Shown here in pieces: positions 9,006-18,487 of a stretch of 51,891 bases of DNA. This stretch comes from Polyangiaceae bacterium (lineage in GTDB: Bacteria; Myxococcota_A; Polyangia; Polyangiales; Polyangiaceae). The stretch lies in the NCBI GenBank assembly GCA_035414525.1, contig DAONZA010000008.1:1-51891 (forward strand), read 5' to 3'. Made by a program: the position numbers and the translations under genes. Within the stretch, counting starts at the first letter, position 1, and each line of letters opens with the position of its first letter. The notes under the pieces were generated by a model, which worked only from the letters and a program-made list of their open reading frames with translations, searched no databases and was not told the DNA's origin.

Positions 9006-10559
9006 ATGCAGGTGACTCGATGTCCTTCGGTGGTTTGCATCGCTGCTGCGTTATCTCTCGCGCTTGTTTCGAGTCGTACGGATGCTTCGACGGGCTACGA
9101 ATTCCCCGAAAACGGAACCGAACAGCTTGGCCGTGCCGGCGCGTGGACCGCGCGCGCTTCCAACTCTCTCGCCACGTTTTTCAATCCCGCCGGCCTCGCC
9201 GGCCAGCCTTCCAGCCTGCTGCTCAATTCTTCCTTGATCTGGCAAAAAAATTGTCTGAAACGCACCTACCCCGACGGCAACCCCGTTCGTCTGGGAAATG
9301 GTGGCGCCTATCAATACCCCAGCGAAGTCTGCAACGACGATAGCGGTACCCCTTTCCCTAACCCGCAACTCGCGGGAGTCCTACGATTGTCCGACCGTCT
9401 TGGCTTGGGCCTCGCCGTCCTCGGCCCCTCGACCCGCGGCCAATTCACGTTCCCATCCCATGTCACGGGCTCTCGAGTCGGTGGAGTCGAACGAGAAGTC
9501 CCGAGCCCCCAACGCTATCTGCTGCAAAGCGACGAACTATTGTTCATATGGCCCCAAATCGGTATCGGTTGGGAACCCATCGATGATTTGCGCTTCGGTG
9601 CTTCGTTGATCTGGGGCATCGCTCGGCTGAAGTTCTCCATCCTCGCTGCCGGACGATCCGCCGGCGAAACCATTCAAAACTACCCATACCTCGCGGAACA
9701 ATACCTCGATTTCCAAGCCGATATCGATGTCAAAGACCTGTTCGTTCCGGGATTCACCGTCGGCACGTTATGGTCGCCCTCGCCAAACATTGACGTGGCT
9801 GCTTGGTACCACTGGATGGACGATATCCGCGCCAAAGGAGATATGGCTGTCGAAGGAAGTGTCTACGGAGACCCGCCCCATCAACGCCCAAGCTCACGAA
9901 ACTCCGTGCGTGCTCCCAAAGACAGCGTGCAGGTCGTTGCGCCATGGCCGATGCAGGCCCGAGTTGGTTTTCGATGGCACCAACCTAGAGACGGAATCCA
10001 TTCGAAAATGCGGGATCCCATCGCCAACGACGTTTGGGATATCGAACTCGATATGACGTGGGCCAACAACTCGCACTTCAAATATCTCGACGCCACCATG
10101 CCCGACGGCGTCTTTCTCGAAGTGCATAACCCCGCGGATCCCAATCCGAATTCCAGTGTCGCCTTCGCCATGCCGACCGATGCGCGCGTCCCACACCATT
10201 GGAAAGACTCCTTCGGTTTTCGTCTCGGCGGCGACTACGTCATGTTGCCCAATAGACTGGCCGCACGTGCCGGCGCCTTCTTCGATTCCGAAGCGCAAGA
10301 CCCCAAATACCTGAACGTCGATTACGTCCCCTCTCGCAAGTTCGGTCTGCATGTGGGGGGAACCGTCCGGTTTGGAGCCCTCGACCTGATGGTGGCTTAT
10401 GCGCACGTCTTTTATCAAGGCCTCGACAACCAAGGGGACGGCAAAACCCAAGGCCTGGCTGGCGCTGCCCCCACGTATCGCACAGACTATCCAGTCAATG
10501 GCGGTTCCAATCGTTCCGTCATCAATGCGCTATCGTTTGGAGCTTCTCACTCGTTCTGA
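9006..10559 (+). CDS. FadL/TodX/OmpP1-family outer-membrane channel for hydrophobic compounds
   Basis: Signal peptide MQVTRCPSVVCIAAALSLALVSSRTDAS. The family N-terminal signature reads GYEFPENGTEQLGRAGAWTARASNSLATFFNPAGLA. The protein ends with a C-terminal Phe (SFGASHSF), typical of beta-barrel OMPs. Confidence 0.8.
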   Translation: MQVTRCPSVVCIAAALSLALVSSRTDASTGYEFPENGTEQLGRAGAWTARASNSLATFFNPAGLAGQPSSLLLNSSLIWQKNCLKRTYPDGNPVRLGNGGAYQYPSEVCNDDSGTPFPNPQLAGVLRLSDRLGLGLAVLGPSTRGQFTFPSHVTGSRVGGVEREVPSPQRYLLQSDELLFIWPQIGIGWEPIDDLRFGASLIWGIARLKFSILAAGRSAGETIQNYPYLAEQYLDFQADIDVKDLFVPGFTVGTLWSPSPNIDVAAWYHWMDDIRAKGDMAVEGSVYGDPPHQRPSSRNSVRAPKDSVQVVAPWPMQARVGFRWHQPRDGIHSKMRDPIANDVWDIELDMTWANNSHFKYLDATMPDGVFLEVHNPADPNPNSSVAFAMPTDARVPHHWKDSFGFRLGGDYVMLPNRLAARAGAFFDSEAQDPKYLNVDYVPSRKFGLHVGGTVRFGALDLMVAYAHVFYQGLDNQGDGKTQGLAGAAPTYRTDYPVNGGSNRSVINALSFGASHSF

Positions 10560-10585
10560 CGTTTCACATCGAATCCGGAAAAGCC

Positions 10586-11653
10586 ATGCGTGTTTTATAC
10601 GGTGTCGTTGGCGAAGGCATGGGGCATGCCACGCGATCCAAAGTGGTCATCGCCCACCTTCTGGAAAACAATCATCGCGTTCGCATCGTCGTGTCCGGGC
10701 GCGCTTACCACTTCTTGAAAAAACACTTCGACGATGTCGTAGAAATACAAGGACTTTCCATTACTTACGACGATGGAGCCATGGACCGTGACCGGTCCGT
10801 GCTCGATAACATGATGCGCTCGCCAGCCATTGTCGTTGGCAACGCCGCGGCGTACTTCGAACGAGTCGTGGACTTCGCACCGCAACTCGTCATCAGCGAC
10901 TTCGACTCCTTTGCTTACCTTTACGCCAAAGCTCATGCCACGCCCGTCATATCCATCGACAATCAACAAATCATCCACCGCTGCGAGCACGAGGAAGACA
11001 TTCGAAAAGGCGTCGACTTCGATTTTTTCTCCACCAAAGCTTTCGTCAAAGCAAAGCTGCCAGGCTGTGATCACTACTTCATTACATCCTTCTTTTTCCC
11101 CAAGATCCGAGGGAAGCACGCGAAAAATACCACCCTGGTTCCGCCTATCCTTCGCCCGGAAATCCTCAACGCTTCATCATCACGCGCAAAACACATCCTC
11201 GTTTACCAAACCTCCGTCTCGGATACGTCGCTCATCCCAACCCTCCGTCGCCTTTCCGACCACCAATTCATCATCTACGGCCTGCGACGAAACGAGGTGC
11301 AAGGCAATTGCATCATCAAAGACTTCAGCGAAGATCAGTTCATCCGTGACCTGTCATCGGCTCGCGCGGTCGTATCCAATGGCGGCTTGTCGCTGATTCA
11401 CGAAGCCATCTACTTGCGAAAACCCGTCTTCAGCGTGCCCATCCGCCACCAATTCGAACAGGAAATGAACGCGCGCTACCTCGAAAAATTAGGCTATGGC
11501 CTGGGAGCCTCGAAGATCGAGTTCGACGTTTTATCTTGGTTTCTCCAGCAAGAAGACCGGTACTTCGATGCTCTTGGCAACCACCACCAAGACGGCAATC
11601 GAATGCTTTTCGAGAAGCTTGACGAGGTGCTGGACCGGTTCGACAGACCTTGA
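10586..11653 (+). CDS. GT-B glycosyltransferase, MurG-like / MJ1255-type (GT28/GT1 family)
   Basis: The N-terminus MRVLYGVVGEGMGHATRSKVVIAHLL carries the G-x-G-H-x-x-R motif characteristic of the MurG/MGT-like N-terminal domain. The protein is 355 aa. A GGAAAAG RBS lies upstream. Confidence 0.7.
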   Translation: MRVLYGVVGEGMGHATRSKVVIAHLLENNHRVRIVVSGRAYHFLKKHFDDVVEIQGLSITYDDGAMDRDRSVLDNMMRSPAIVVGNAAAYFERVVDFAPQLVISDFDSFAYLYAKAHATPVISIDNQQIIHRCEHEEDIRKGVDFDFFSTKAFVKAKLPGCDHYFITSFFFPKIRGKHAKNTTLVPPILRPEILNASSSRAKHILVYQTSVSDTSLIPTLRRLSDHQFIIYGLRRNEVQGNCIIKDFSEDQFIRDLSSARAVVSNGGLSLIHEAIYLRKPVFSVPIRHQFEQEMNARYLEKLGYGLGASKIEFDVLSWFLQQEDRYFDALGNHHQDGNRMLFEKLDEVLDRFDRP

Positions 11654-11849
11654 TGAACCGGTGGGACGAGTGCTTCGTCGTTCGACGAGCTTATCGCCTA
11701 GCAAGAGTCGAAATGCTGTAAATCTATGTTGTTTCTTGATTATTGATTGATCTTCTCGACTGGGCAGACGCTAGCGTGGAAAGCTGAACCTTCTGCGCGA
11801 AGGTCGCATCATTGCGGAAAACCGACGAAGGAAAGGGTAACCTTTCGAC

Positions 11850-13535
11850 ATGACCGAGGCGCCATCGCCACTTTCTTTGGCTCACCCGAACACGGACTAC
11901 GATGTCGTTGTGATTGGAGGTGGTGTCAATGGCACGGGAGTGCTCAGAGATTGCGCGATCCGAGGGTTGTCCGCGTGTTTGTTCGAGCGAAATGACCTGG
12001 CCTTCGGCGCTAGCGGCAACTCCAGTGGCATGATCCACGGTGGGGTTCGCTACCTCACTTCCAGTCCGAAGGTCACCCGATTGTCATGCCTAGATTCCGG
12101 CTATATTCAACGAATCGCCCCCCACTTGCTCTTTCGTATCCCGTTTATCATGCCGATCCATCGCAGCATCGGCTCTCGGATTTTTCTCCAACTCGTGGAT
12201 GCCTTCTTCGGCGCCTATGACAGCTTTCAACCGCTCAAACGAGGACGCCCCCATACGCGCCTCACACCAGAGCAAGCCAGAATTCTCGAGCCAGGCCTGT
12301 CCGGCGACATCGTTGGTGCCGTCACCTTCGATGAATGGGGAATCGACGGCGCACGACTATGCACCGCCAATGCCGTCGATGCTCACCAACGCGGAGCCCA
12401 CGTTCGCACGCATACCACGGTCGAAGGGCTTGAACTGCTTTCCTCTTCCCCAGCCCGCATGGCCGTTCGCTGGCGGGATCGAATCACCAATCAATCAGGC
12501 TCCGTATCGACGCGCGTCGTCGTCAACGCTTCCGGCGCTTGGGCCCCCCTGACCGCATCCCTCGCGGATATGCCGCCCTCCGTCGCGGCCGTTCGTCCAG
12601 GAAAAGGCATCCATGTCGTTTTCGACCGACGCCTTTCCAACTACGCCGTGGTGGCTCAGGCCATCGACAATCGGCAGATCTTTCTCGAACCTTGGCAAAA
12701 TGTCAGCATTTTGGGCACTACCGACACCGACTACTACGGCGATCTCGATCAGGTGACCGCCACCAGTGATGAGGTCCGCTATCTCATCGAGGCGATTCGC
12801 CGCGTATTCCCGTCCATCCAAAACGCACGAGCCATTCACACCTTCGCGGGTGTGCGACCCACCTTGTACGCTTATGGACCCATTCCTGACAAATTGTCCC
12901 GTGAACACGAGATCATCGATCACGCCAGCCATGGCAAAGACGGCATCTACTCGATGATCGGTGGAAAGCTTGCAAGCTACCGGATCTTCGCACAACAGAT
13001 GACCGACATCGTAGCCGCTCGCCTCGATTGTCATCAGCCCTCCCAAACACATCTTCTGCCTTTGCCAGGCGGCGATGAATCCCTCGATGCCGGGGAACTC
13101 GCCAAGATCTGCGGAATCGACCCGGTGGCAGCGCGACGACTCATCTACCGGCATGGAAGTCGCGCGCGTCTCATTGCAGAACAAATCGTCGAGTCAAAAC
13201 GTACGCCTCGCTTCATCTGCTCTTGCGAAGCCATCACGGAAGAAGAAATCCGATTCGTCGTTCGACATGAATTCGTTCGATGCTTCGAGGATTTGTCTCG
13301 ACGTACTCGTTTGGGGCTTGGACCATGCGCGGGGCTGCATTGCGTCCTTCGTGCGGGTGCCATCGTGGCGGATGAACTGGGGTGGACGCCATCGCAGGGG
13401 CGCTCGCAGGCCCTTCGCCTTTTGCTTTCGTCTTCGTTTACGCGCGCGGTCGCTCTGGGAAGCGCTCAGGCACGGCAAGAAGCATTGTTGAGAGCCGCGA
13501 TTCGAGCACAAGTCGGATGGGGACAAGAACCGTGA
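11850..13535 (+). CDS. glpA: Anaerobic-type sn-glycerol-3-phosphate dehydrogenase subunit A (FAD-dependent, with a C-terminal BFD-like [2Fe-2S] domain)
   Basis: The FAD dinucleotide-binding motif is YDVVVIGGGVNGTGVLRDCAIRGL ... GMIHGGVRY. The C-terminal BFD-like Cys cluster is CSCEAITEEEIRFVVRHEF ... GLGPCAGLHC. An AAAGGG RBS sits before the ATG. Confidence 0.85.
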   Translation: MTEAPSPLSLAHPNTDYDVVVIGGGVNGTGVLRDCAIRGLSACLFERNDLAFGASGNSSGMIHGGVRYLTSSPKVTRLSCLDSGYIQRIAPHLLFRIPFIMPIHRSIGSRIFLQLVDAFFGAYDSFQPLKRGRPHTRLTPEQARILEPGLSGDIVGAVTFDEWGIDGARLCTANAVDAHQRGAHVRTHTTVEGLELLSSSPARMAVRWRDRITNQSGSVSTRVVVNASGAWAPLTASLADMPPSVAAVRPGKGIHVVFDRRLSNYAVVAQAIDNRQIFLEPWQNVSILGTTDTDYYGDLDQVTATSDEVRYLIEAIRRVFPSIQNARAIHTFAGVRPTLYAYGPIPDKLSREHEIIDHASHGKDGIYSMIGGKLASYRIFAQQMTDIVAARLDCHQPSQTHLLPLPGGDESLDAGELAKICGIDPVAARRLIYRHGSRARLIAEQIVESKRTPRFICSCEAITEEEIRFVVRHEFVRCFEDLSRRTRLGLGPCAGLHCVLRAGAIVADELGWTPSQGRSQALRLLLSSSFTRAVALGSAQARQEALLRAAIRAQVGWGQEP

Positions 13536-14779
13536 ATCATCACGAAGATGTGATCATCCTTGGCGATGGCGCGGCGGGAGTTGCCGCGGCTCATGCATCG
13601 CTTCGCCTGGGGGTGCGGCCGCTGCTCATTTCCCTCGGAAATGGCGCCACTACGCTGTATTCCGGTTGTTTGGACCATGGCGTCTGGAACCTGCATCCCA
13701 GGAGTTCATCGCTGGACGAACGACAAAAAGAATTCATCGACGCCATCGATATATGGTGTGTTGATCCCGAAAAAACACGAGTTGCCACTCTCGCCGGAGT
13801 CGTTCGAACCGCCGATGCCGCGGACCGCGCCCTGCTCAATCTGGCCTCTCACAAAAACGAAACGATTCTTGTGCCTCGTATCGATAGACCGAATTGGGAT
13901 GCTGATTTCCTCGCCCGATCATGGTCGGAAGATCTCTGGTGCCGTGAGCAAGGTCTTCGTTTCGAAAGCTTCGATGCCTCGTCACTCGACGACGATCGAA
14001 TGCGTTTTGGTTCCGATACGGAAATCGCCTTTCACCTTGATAGTCCGGAGGGTCGTACGAAATTCGGTGAGCATCTGAGCGCGGAGGTCCAGCGGCATGG
14101 AGGCGGAAAATCTGTATTGCTGGGACCGTGGTTGGGCATCGATACGCCCGTTGCTTCGATCCTGACTAACCATATAGGGATACAAATCGGAGAAGCTTGC
14201 GCGGGGCTTGGAAGTACCGCCGGAGCCCGGTGGGAGCATGCCGCGAATCGGTGGCTGACCCAACAACGGATCACGCGGATCCAAGATCGCGTGCAGCGGC
14301 TCGAGCAGGTCGATGGCGATTGGAATGTGCATGTTTCCCAGTCGAAGCGCCCGTACCAGGCCAAGGCTGTCGTGGTCGCGACGGGCGGTATCGCGGGAGG
14401 TGGAATCATCCTCACTTCTGGTGAGCCCCAGGAGGGCAACGAGCAGTCGTTTTCACCAGCCCATCCATTTTCCCTTTCGTATCGCGGGCCCTTGGTCCTT
14501 ACGGTCGATGGTCGAATCTCCGAAACGGTCGCATCCCTTCATGGGTTCAATCTCGAACGACTCGCCTGGCCGCGCGACGACCACGGCGTTTGGTGGATGG
14601 ATAGGATCAATGTGCTCCGCGATGGCGTCCAGGTCCTCGATGCCTCGAATAATCCACTCGCGGGCCTTTTTGTCGCAGGCGAATTGGCGCTGAAACGACC
14701 CGCGGCCTCATTGGCCTCCATCGCCACGGGAGTCGAAGCTGGCACGGCAGCCGCGCGATACGTATTGACCAATGCCTGA
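13532..14779 (+). CDS. glpB: Anaerobic glycerol-3-phosphate dehydrogenase subunit B-like FAD flavoprotein
   Basis: The GTG start at 13532 overlaps the glpA stop (GTGA). The N-terminus VNHHEDVIILGDGAAGVAAAHASLRLG carries a GxGxxG motif. The protein is about 415 aa, consistent with GlpB. No glpC homologue follows. Confidence 0.65.
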   Translation: MNHHEDVIILGDGAAGVAAAHASLRLGVRPLLISLGNGATTLYSGCLDHGVWNLHPRSSSLDERQKEFIDAIDIWCVDPEKTRVATLAGVVRTADAADRALLNLASHKNETILVPRIDRPNWDADFLARSWSEDLWCREQGLRFESFDASSLDDDRMRFGSDTEIAFHLDSPEGRTKFGEHLSAEVQRHGGGKSVLLGPWLGIDTPVASILTNHIGIQIGEACAGLGSTAGARWEHAANRWLTQQRITRIQDRVQRLEQVDGDWNVHVSQSKRPYQAKAVVVATGGIAGGGIILTSGEPQEGNEQSFSPAHPFSLSYRGPLVLTVDGRISETVASLHGFNLERLAWPRDDHGVWWMDRINVLRDGVQVLDASNNPLAGLFVAGELALKRPAASLASIATGVEAGTAAARYVLTNA

Positions 14780-15195
14780 GGTCTCGAACGAAAGAACGGC
14801 AAAACCAGGCTCTCGCTTCGTCCGTGCTCCCTATGCCTTCGCCCAAGTCGAGGGCCTTCCGCCACCGGCTGCATCGAGAAAACCCCTGGGCTGCCGCCTC
14901 CGCCCGTGGTGTTTGTCATACAGAATCGTCGTCGATGGTCTCGACCGTGATCTGTGTAACTATGAGTAATATAAAGTTTTTTTGCCACTGTGGGTGAGCG
15001 CCAAGAGAAGCGCCATCGACGCTGCCTGTTGCGTCGGTCATCGAGGGGCGCGTTCGATCGGTGGAACCAACGAAGCACGTCATCATGGAAGCCGTCGCCC
15101 AACGTACGGCTCGCTAGGACATTGTTGCGCTGGCCCTTGTGACGCAACCCCACAGGCTCGCCATCGTCGTCACGCTCTTGATGATGGAATGACCG

Positions 15196-15272
15196 TGGCA
15201 CGCCCGACTGGATTCGAACCAGTGACCCGCGGCTTAGAAGGCCGCTGCTCTATCCAACTGAGCTACGGGCGC
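15196..15272 (-). tRNA. tRNA-Arg (anticodon TCT), CCA-encoded
   Basis: The reverse complement reads GCGCCCGTAGCTCAGTTGGATAGAGCAGCGGCCTTCTAAGCCGCGGGTCACTGGTTCGAATCCAGTCGGGCGTGCCA. It has a 7-bp acceptor stem, a D-loop AGTTGGATA, an anticodon loop CT-TCT-AA, a T-loop TTCGAATCC and a terminal CCA. Confidence 0.85.
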
Positions 15273-15325
15273 TCGAAGAGGCAACTGTCTAGCACGAGCG
15301 CTGTCCGAATACGAAGCCCTTACGT

Positions 15326-15919
15326 TCACTTATCCGCCGGAGGCTTGTCTTTTTTCGTAGCTTTTCCCACCTGGATGCCCACCACGAGAATCCCCCCCCG
15401 ATAGCTCTGCCCCGCTACGAAAAATGGCTCCCCACTTTTCGCCGTTACCTCGAGCAAAGGTAAGTATCCGCCATCCTTGTCTTGCGGTGGTCGACTGATG
15501 CTCGCCGCTACCCGGTATCGTTCTTCCGGCAATACCGCTTTCAACACGGTTCGCAGCGTTCTGCCATTGGGAAGTTGCGTGGAATCTGGTTGCTGCAACC
15601 GCAACACAATCGAATGCCGATGCAGCAAACGATACGTGTCGTAGGCGGAAAATGGCGGTTTTTGTAGCTGTTTGAGATGCTGCAGTTCGGGATCGATTCC
15701 GCCGCCCGTGTTGGTGGCATGCAATACAAGAATCTCGGAAGGAACCTGCGGTTGCGGTGCGGTCCCCCCATCGGCCTGCATCGGCTCAGCCACTGGCGGT
15801 TCAGAAGCTGGTTGCTGCTGCGCGTGAGCCCACCAACTGGCCGAAACCATCAATCCCACCCCACACAGCGCGATCCACCGAGGGGCGAGTCCAAATACAG
15901 TGTATCCGCTTCGGGTCAT
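15326..15919 (-). CDS. Secreted hypothetical protein. It is the last gene of the sigma/anti-sigma operon and overlaps the anti-sigma stop by 4 nt
   Basis: Signal peptide MTRSGYTVFGLAPRWIALCGVGLMVSASWWAHA-QQQ. No family recognised. Confidence 0.5.
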   Translation of the reverse strand: MTRSGYTVFGLAPRWIALCGVGLMVSASWWAHAQQQPASEPPVAEPMQADGGTAPQPQVPSEILVLHATNTGGGIDPELQHLKQLQKPPFSAYDTYRLLHRHSIVLRLQQPDSTQLPNGRTLRTVLKAVLPEERYRVAASISRPPQDKDGGYLPLLEVTAKSGEPFFVAGQSYRGGILVVGIQVGKATKKDKPPADK

Positions 15920-16551
15920 GGGTTGCCTCCGACCTCATCATCCGTGAGCCAAACGACCGTCGTCGTAGAACCTGCACCGTTAGGAACATAGAAAATTGTG
16001 CCCGTTCGAGCACCGAAATCAATCGAATCCACCGACACCCCAGGCTCCGGATCGTCTTCCGTCGACAAGGCGGAAACCGATACCGGCTTCTCACTGCTCA
16101 AAGCCCCGGCCGTTTTCTCAGGGATAGGCTGTGTCAAATCCATCCCCACCAGCCGCCACACCAACAACGCCACCCCAGCCGCCAACGCCAATCCCCCCAC
16201 CACCACAGGGCCAAACCCCACGGCACGACGCTCCGACGTTACCAACGGGACGACATTTTCTTTCCGCGGTGCAGACGCCTCCTGCTCGATGCGAGCCATC
16301 ACCAAAGAAGCAATCCCGTCCGCACCGGCGTCGATCGCCTTGCGATCCTGCAGTTCCCGTATCCTCGCCCCCATCTCCCACACCGTGGACACAACCGCAC
16401 GGCCAGTCTCATTCTCCCGGAGATACGAGGCTACGGCAGCCTCACGCTGCGCATCCAACTCCCCGTCCGCGAACATCATCAAATCGTGGGAAGTCACGCT
16501 ATCCGAAGACAGTTCCCCACGGCCATCGCTATTGTTGGCGCGGTTGTTCAC
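15916..16551 (-). CDS. RseA-like anti-sigma factor with a single TM
   Basis: The N-terminal anti-sigma motif HDLMMFADGELDAQREAAVASYL is an RseA-N-like DGEL motif. A central TM reads GFGPVVVGGLALAAGVALLVW. Its ATG overlaps the sigma-factor stop (ATGA). Confidence 0.6.
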   Translation of the reverse strand: MNNRANNSDGRGELSSDSVTSHDLMMFADGELDAQREAAVASYLRENETGRAVVSTVWEMGARIRELQDRKAIDAGADGIASLVMARIEQEASAPRKENVVPLVTSERRAVGFGPVVVGGLALAAGVALLVWRLVGMDLTQPIPEKTAGALSSEKPVSVSALSTEDDPEPGVSVDSIDFGARTGTIFYVPNGAGSTTTVVWLTDDEVGGNP

Positions 16552-17306
16552 GGTTGAGCCTCATGCTTTCCCGACGCGCTCATCGGCTCGTCGATGGATT
16601 CGATTTCCTCTTCATAGCAATCCCGAAGTGCTCGCTGGAGTTTCTGTCGTGCGTGAAATAGACGGCTCATGATCGTGCCCTTGGACACGCCCATTGCCTC
16701 GGCCATTTCTTCGTACGACATGCCTTCAACCTCTCTCATCAGAATGACGCCCAAGTGGTAGGGCGGCAATGCGTCAAGCGCCTCCTGCAAACGTTCGGCA
16801 ATTTCTCGGCGACGCACGACTCGCAGAGGGTCTTCCCCCTCCAGGCGGGCCACGAAAGGTTCGAGACTCCCATCCGCGACGTCATACACCTTTCGATCTT
16901 CCACAAGCTCCGCGTCGCGCCTGCCGGGCCGACGAATGAGGTCAATGGATAAGTTGGTGACAATTCGATAAAGCCAGGTAAAAAAGCTCGACCCGCCCTG
17001 GAACCGGTCCAATCCGCGGTACACCCGAATAAAGGCTTCTTGAGAAATTTCTCGCGCGTCGTTTTCGTCACGCACGATGCCAAGGGCAATCGAGAATACT
17101 CGCCGCTGGTGCTTTTCCACCAGGGCTCGAAATGCGGCCACGTCACCTTTCTGCGCTGCTTCGATGAGTACACGATCTTCCTCGGCTTCCGCCCTTCGTT
17201 GCTCACGGTTGGACGCAACCACCGATTGGGTATTCACCACGGTCGTAGCTTGCTCCCCTCCTACGCTCCCAGCAGAGCCTTCCTCATGGCGGATATTATC
17301 GTCCAT
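16548..17306 (-). CDS. ECF (group IV) RNA polymerase sigma-70 factor, RpoE-like
   Basis: Region 2 reads FRALVEKHQRRVFSIALGIVRDENDAREISQEAFIRVYRGLDRF...FFTWLYRIVTNLSIDLIRR. Region 4 reads LPPYHLGVILMREVEGMSYEEMAEAMGVSKGTIMSRLFHARQKL. I chose the ATG at 17306 (MDDNIRHEE) because it abuts the htrA stop as TGATG. The longer ORF-track start at 17453 would overlap htrA by 150 nt. Confidence 0.8.
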   Translation of the reverse strand: MDDNIRHEEGSAGSVGGEQATTVVNTQSVVASNREQRRAEAEEDRVLIEAAQKGDVAAFRALVEKHQRRVFSIALGIVRDENDAREISQEAFIRVYRGLDRFQGGSSFFTWLYRIVTNLSIDLIRRPGRRDAELVEDRKVYDVADGSLEPFVARLEGEDPLRVVRRREIAERLQEALDALPPYHLGVILMREVEGMSYEEMAEAMGVSKGTIMSRLFHARQKLQRALRDCYEEEIESIDEPMSASGKHEAQP

Positions 17307-18487
17307 CACGGAAATCCAGGCGGAAATCCCGGAGACGGTGGTTCCGGTTGTTCCGGTAACTCCCCTAAGGTAACTTTTACATCGAACGTCCTCGTTCCTC
17401 TTCCCACCTTCACATCCACCGTCTTGCCCACACCCGCAATGCTCGCCCACCACCGAAGCATATTCGGATCCAGAACTTGTTTACCGTCAAATCCTAAAAT
17501 TACGTCATCTGGACGAATTCCCGCGCGGTCGGCTCCGGAGCCCGGAGCAATATCCACCACCCACGCTCCCTTCGTGTCCGGCCTTTTCAATCGTTCCGAC
17601 TCGGTGGAATCCAACTCCCGGACACTGATACCCAGCGCGCTACGCGTGATCTTCCCATCCTTGACCAAAATCGGCAGCAGCTCTTTGACCATGTTGATCG
17701 GAATCGCGAAACCGATGTTGTTGGCATTCGCGCGGATGGCCGTGTTGATTCCCACCACTTCCCCACGCAAATTCAACAAAGGCCCGCCGGAATTGCCCTG
17801 GTTGATCGCCGCATCCGTCTGAAGAAAATTGAAATACCCGCTCGGGTCCAGGCCCTTGACATCGTCCTTCGTTCGCCCTTTTCCAGACAATATCCCCGCC
17901 GAAACGGTGTGAGCCAGCCCAAAAGGATTGCCAATCGCTACCACCCAATCACCTACCTCAATCCCATCGGAGTCACCCAGCGGCAACGCATGTAGCCCTT
18001 CGGCTTTCTCCAACTGCAAAACCGCCACGTCCGTATGACGGTCCCGTCCCTTCACCTCCGCTTGCACCGAACGCCCGCTCGCGAATTGAACCACCACCGC
18101 CGTGGCCCCCTCAATCACATGGTTGTTGGTGAGCACGAGACCGGCTTTGTCGTACACGAATCCCGTTCCAAGTCCTTCGGAAAGCACGCGACGTCGACCG
18201 CTTCCAAACGTTCGTTCTACACGGCTTTGGATCGTCACCACGCCGGGATCTGCGGTTTTTGCCAAGGATGCAAACGACATGGGTGCCCCCATCGGCATCA
18301 TGGTCGGCGTCGGCGCCGCCGCGGTCGTGGGGGGCGTCACGGATGCCGCCTGGACAGCAGGAACCGCGCTTTCCGTCTGCTCCGCCGTCGGCGAAGAATG
18401 CCCTTTGCCACACGATACCGGCAAAAGCAGCGTGAGCAAACTGATCGTCAGCGACGCTGCCCTCCAAGCGCGCATCCAGCCGTTCAC
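17306..18487 (-). CDS. Periplasmic trypsin-like serine protease with a PDZ domain (HtrA/DegP/DegQ family)
   Basis: Signal peptide and catalytic triad context: GTGFVYDKAGLVLTNNHVIEGA (His), AVLQLEKAEGL (Asp region), GNSGGPLLNLRGEVVGINTAI (Ser). A C-terminal PDZ domain follows. Confidence 0.9.
   Translation of the reverse strand: MNGWMRAWRAASLTISLLTLLLPVSCGKGHSSPTAEQTESAVPAVQAASVTPPTTAAAPTPTMMPMGAPMSFASLAKTADPGVVTIQSRVERTFGSGRRRVLSEGLGTGFVYDKAGLVLTNNHVIEGATAVVVQFASGRSVQAEVKGRDRHTDVAVLQLEKAEGLHALPLGDSDGIEVGDWVVAIGNPFGLAHTVSAGILSGKGRTKDDVKGLDPSGYFNFLQTDAAINQGNSGGPLLNLRGEVVGINTAIRANANNIGFAIPINMVKELLPILVKDGKITRSALGISVRELDSTESERLKRPDTKGAWVVDIAPGSGADRAGIRPDDVILGFDGKQVLDPNMLRWWASIAGVGKTVDVKVGRGTRTFDVKVTLGELPEQPEPPSPGFPPGFP

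Noticed and set aside
12495-13184. 229-aa minus-strand ORF inside glpA
   Set aside because: Antisense to a clearly FAD/BFD-motif-bearing glpA. Shadow ORF.
14780-15195. T-run (agtttttttgcc, about 14975..14988) downstream of glpB as a possible intrinsic terminator
   Set aside because: No convincing GC-rich hairpin precedes the T-run, so it was not reported as a terminator.
15757-16557. 266-aa plus-strand ORF
   Set aside because: Antisense to the anti-sigma gene and the tail of the ECF sigma gene, with Pro/Arg/His-rich composition. Shadow ORF.
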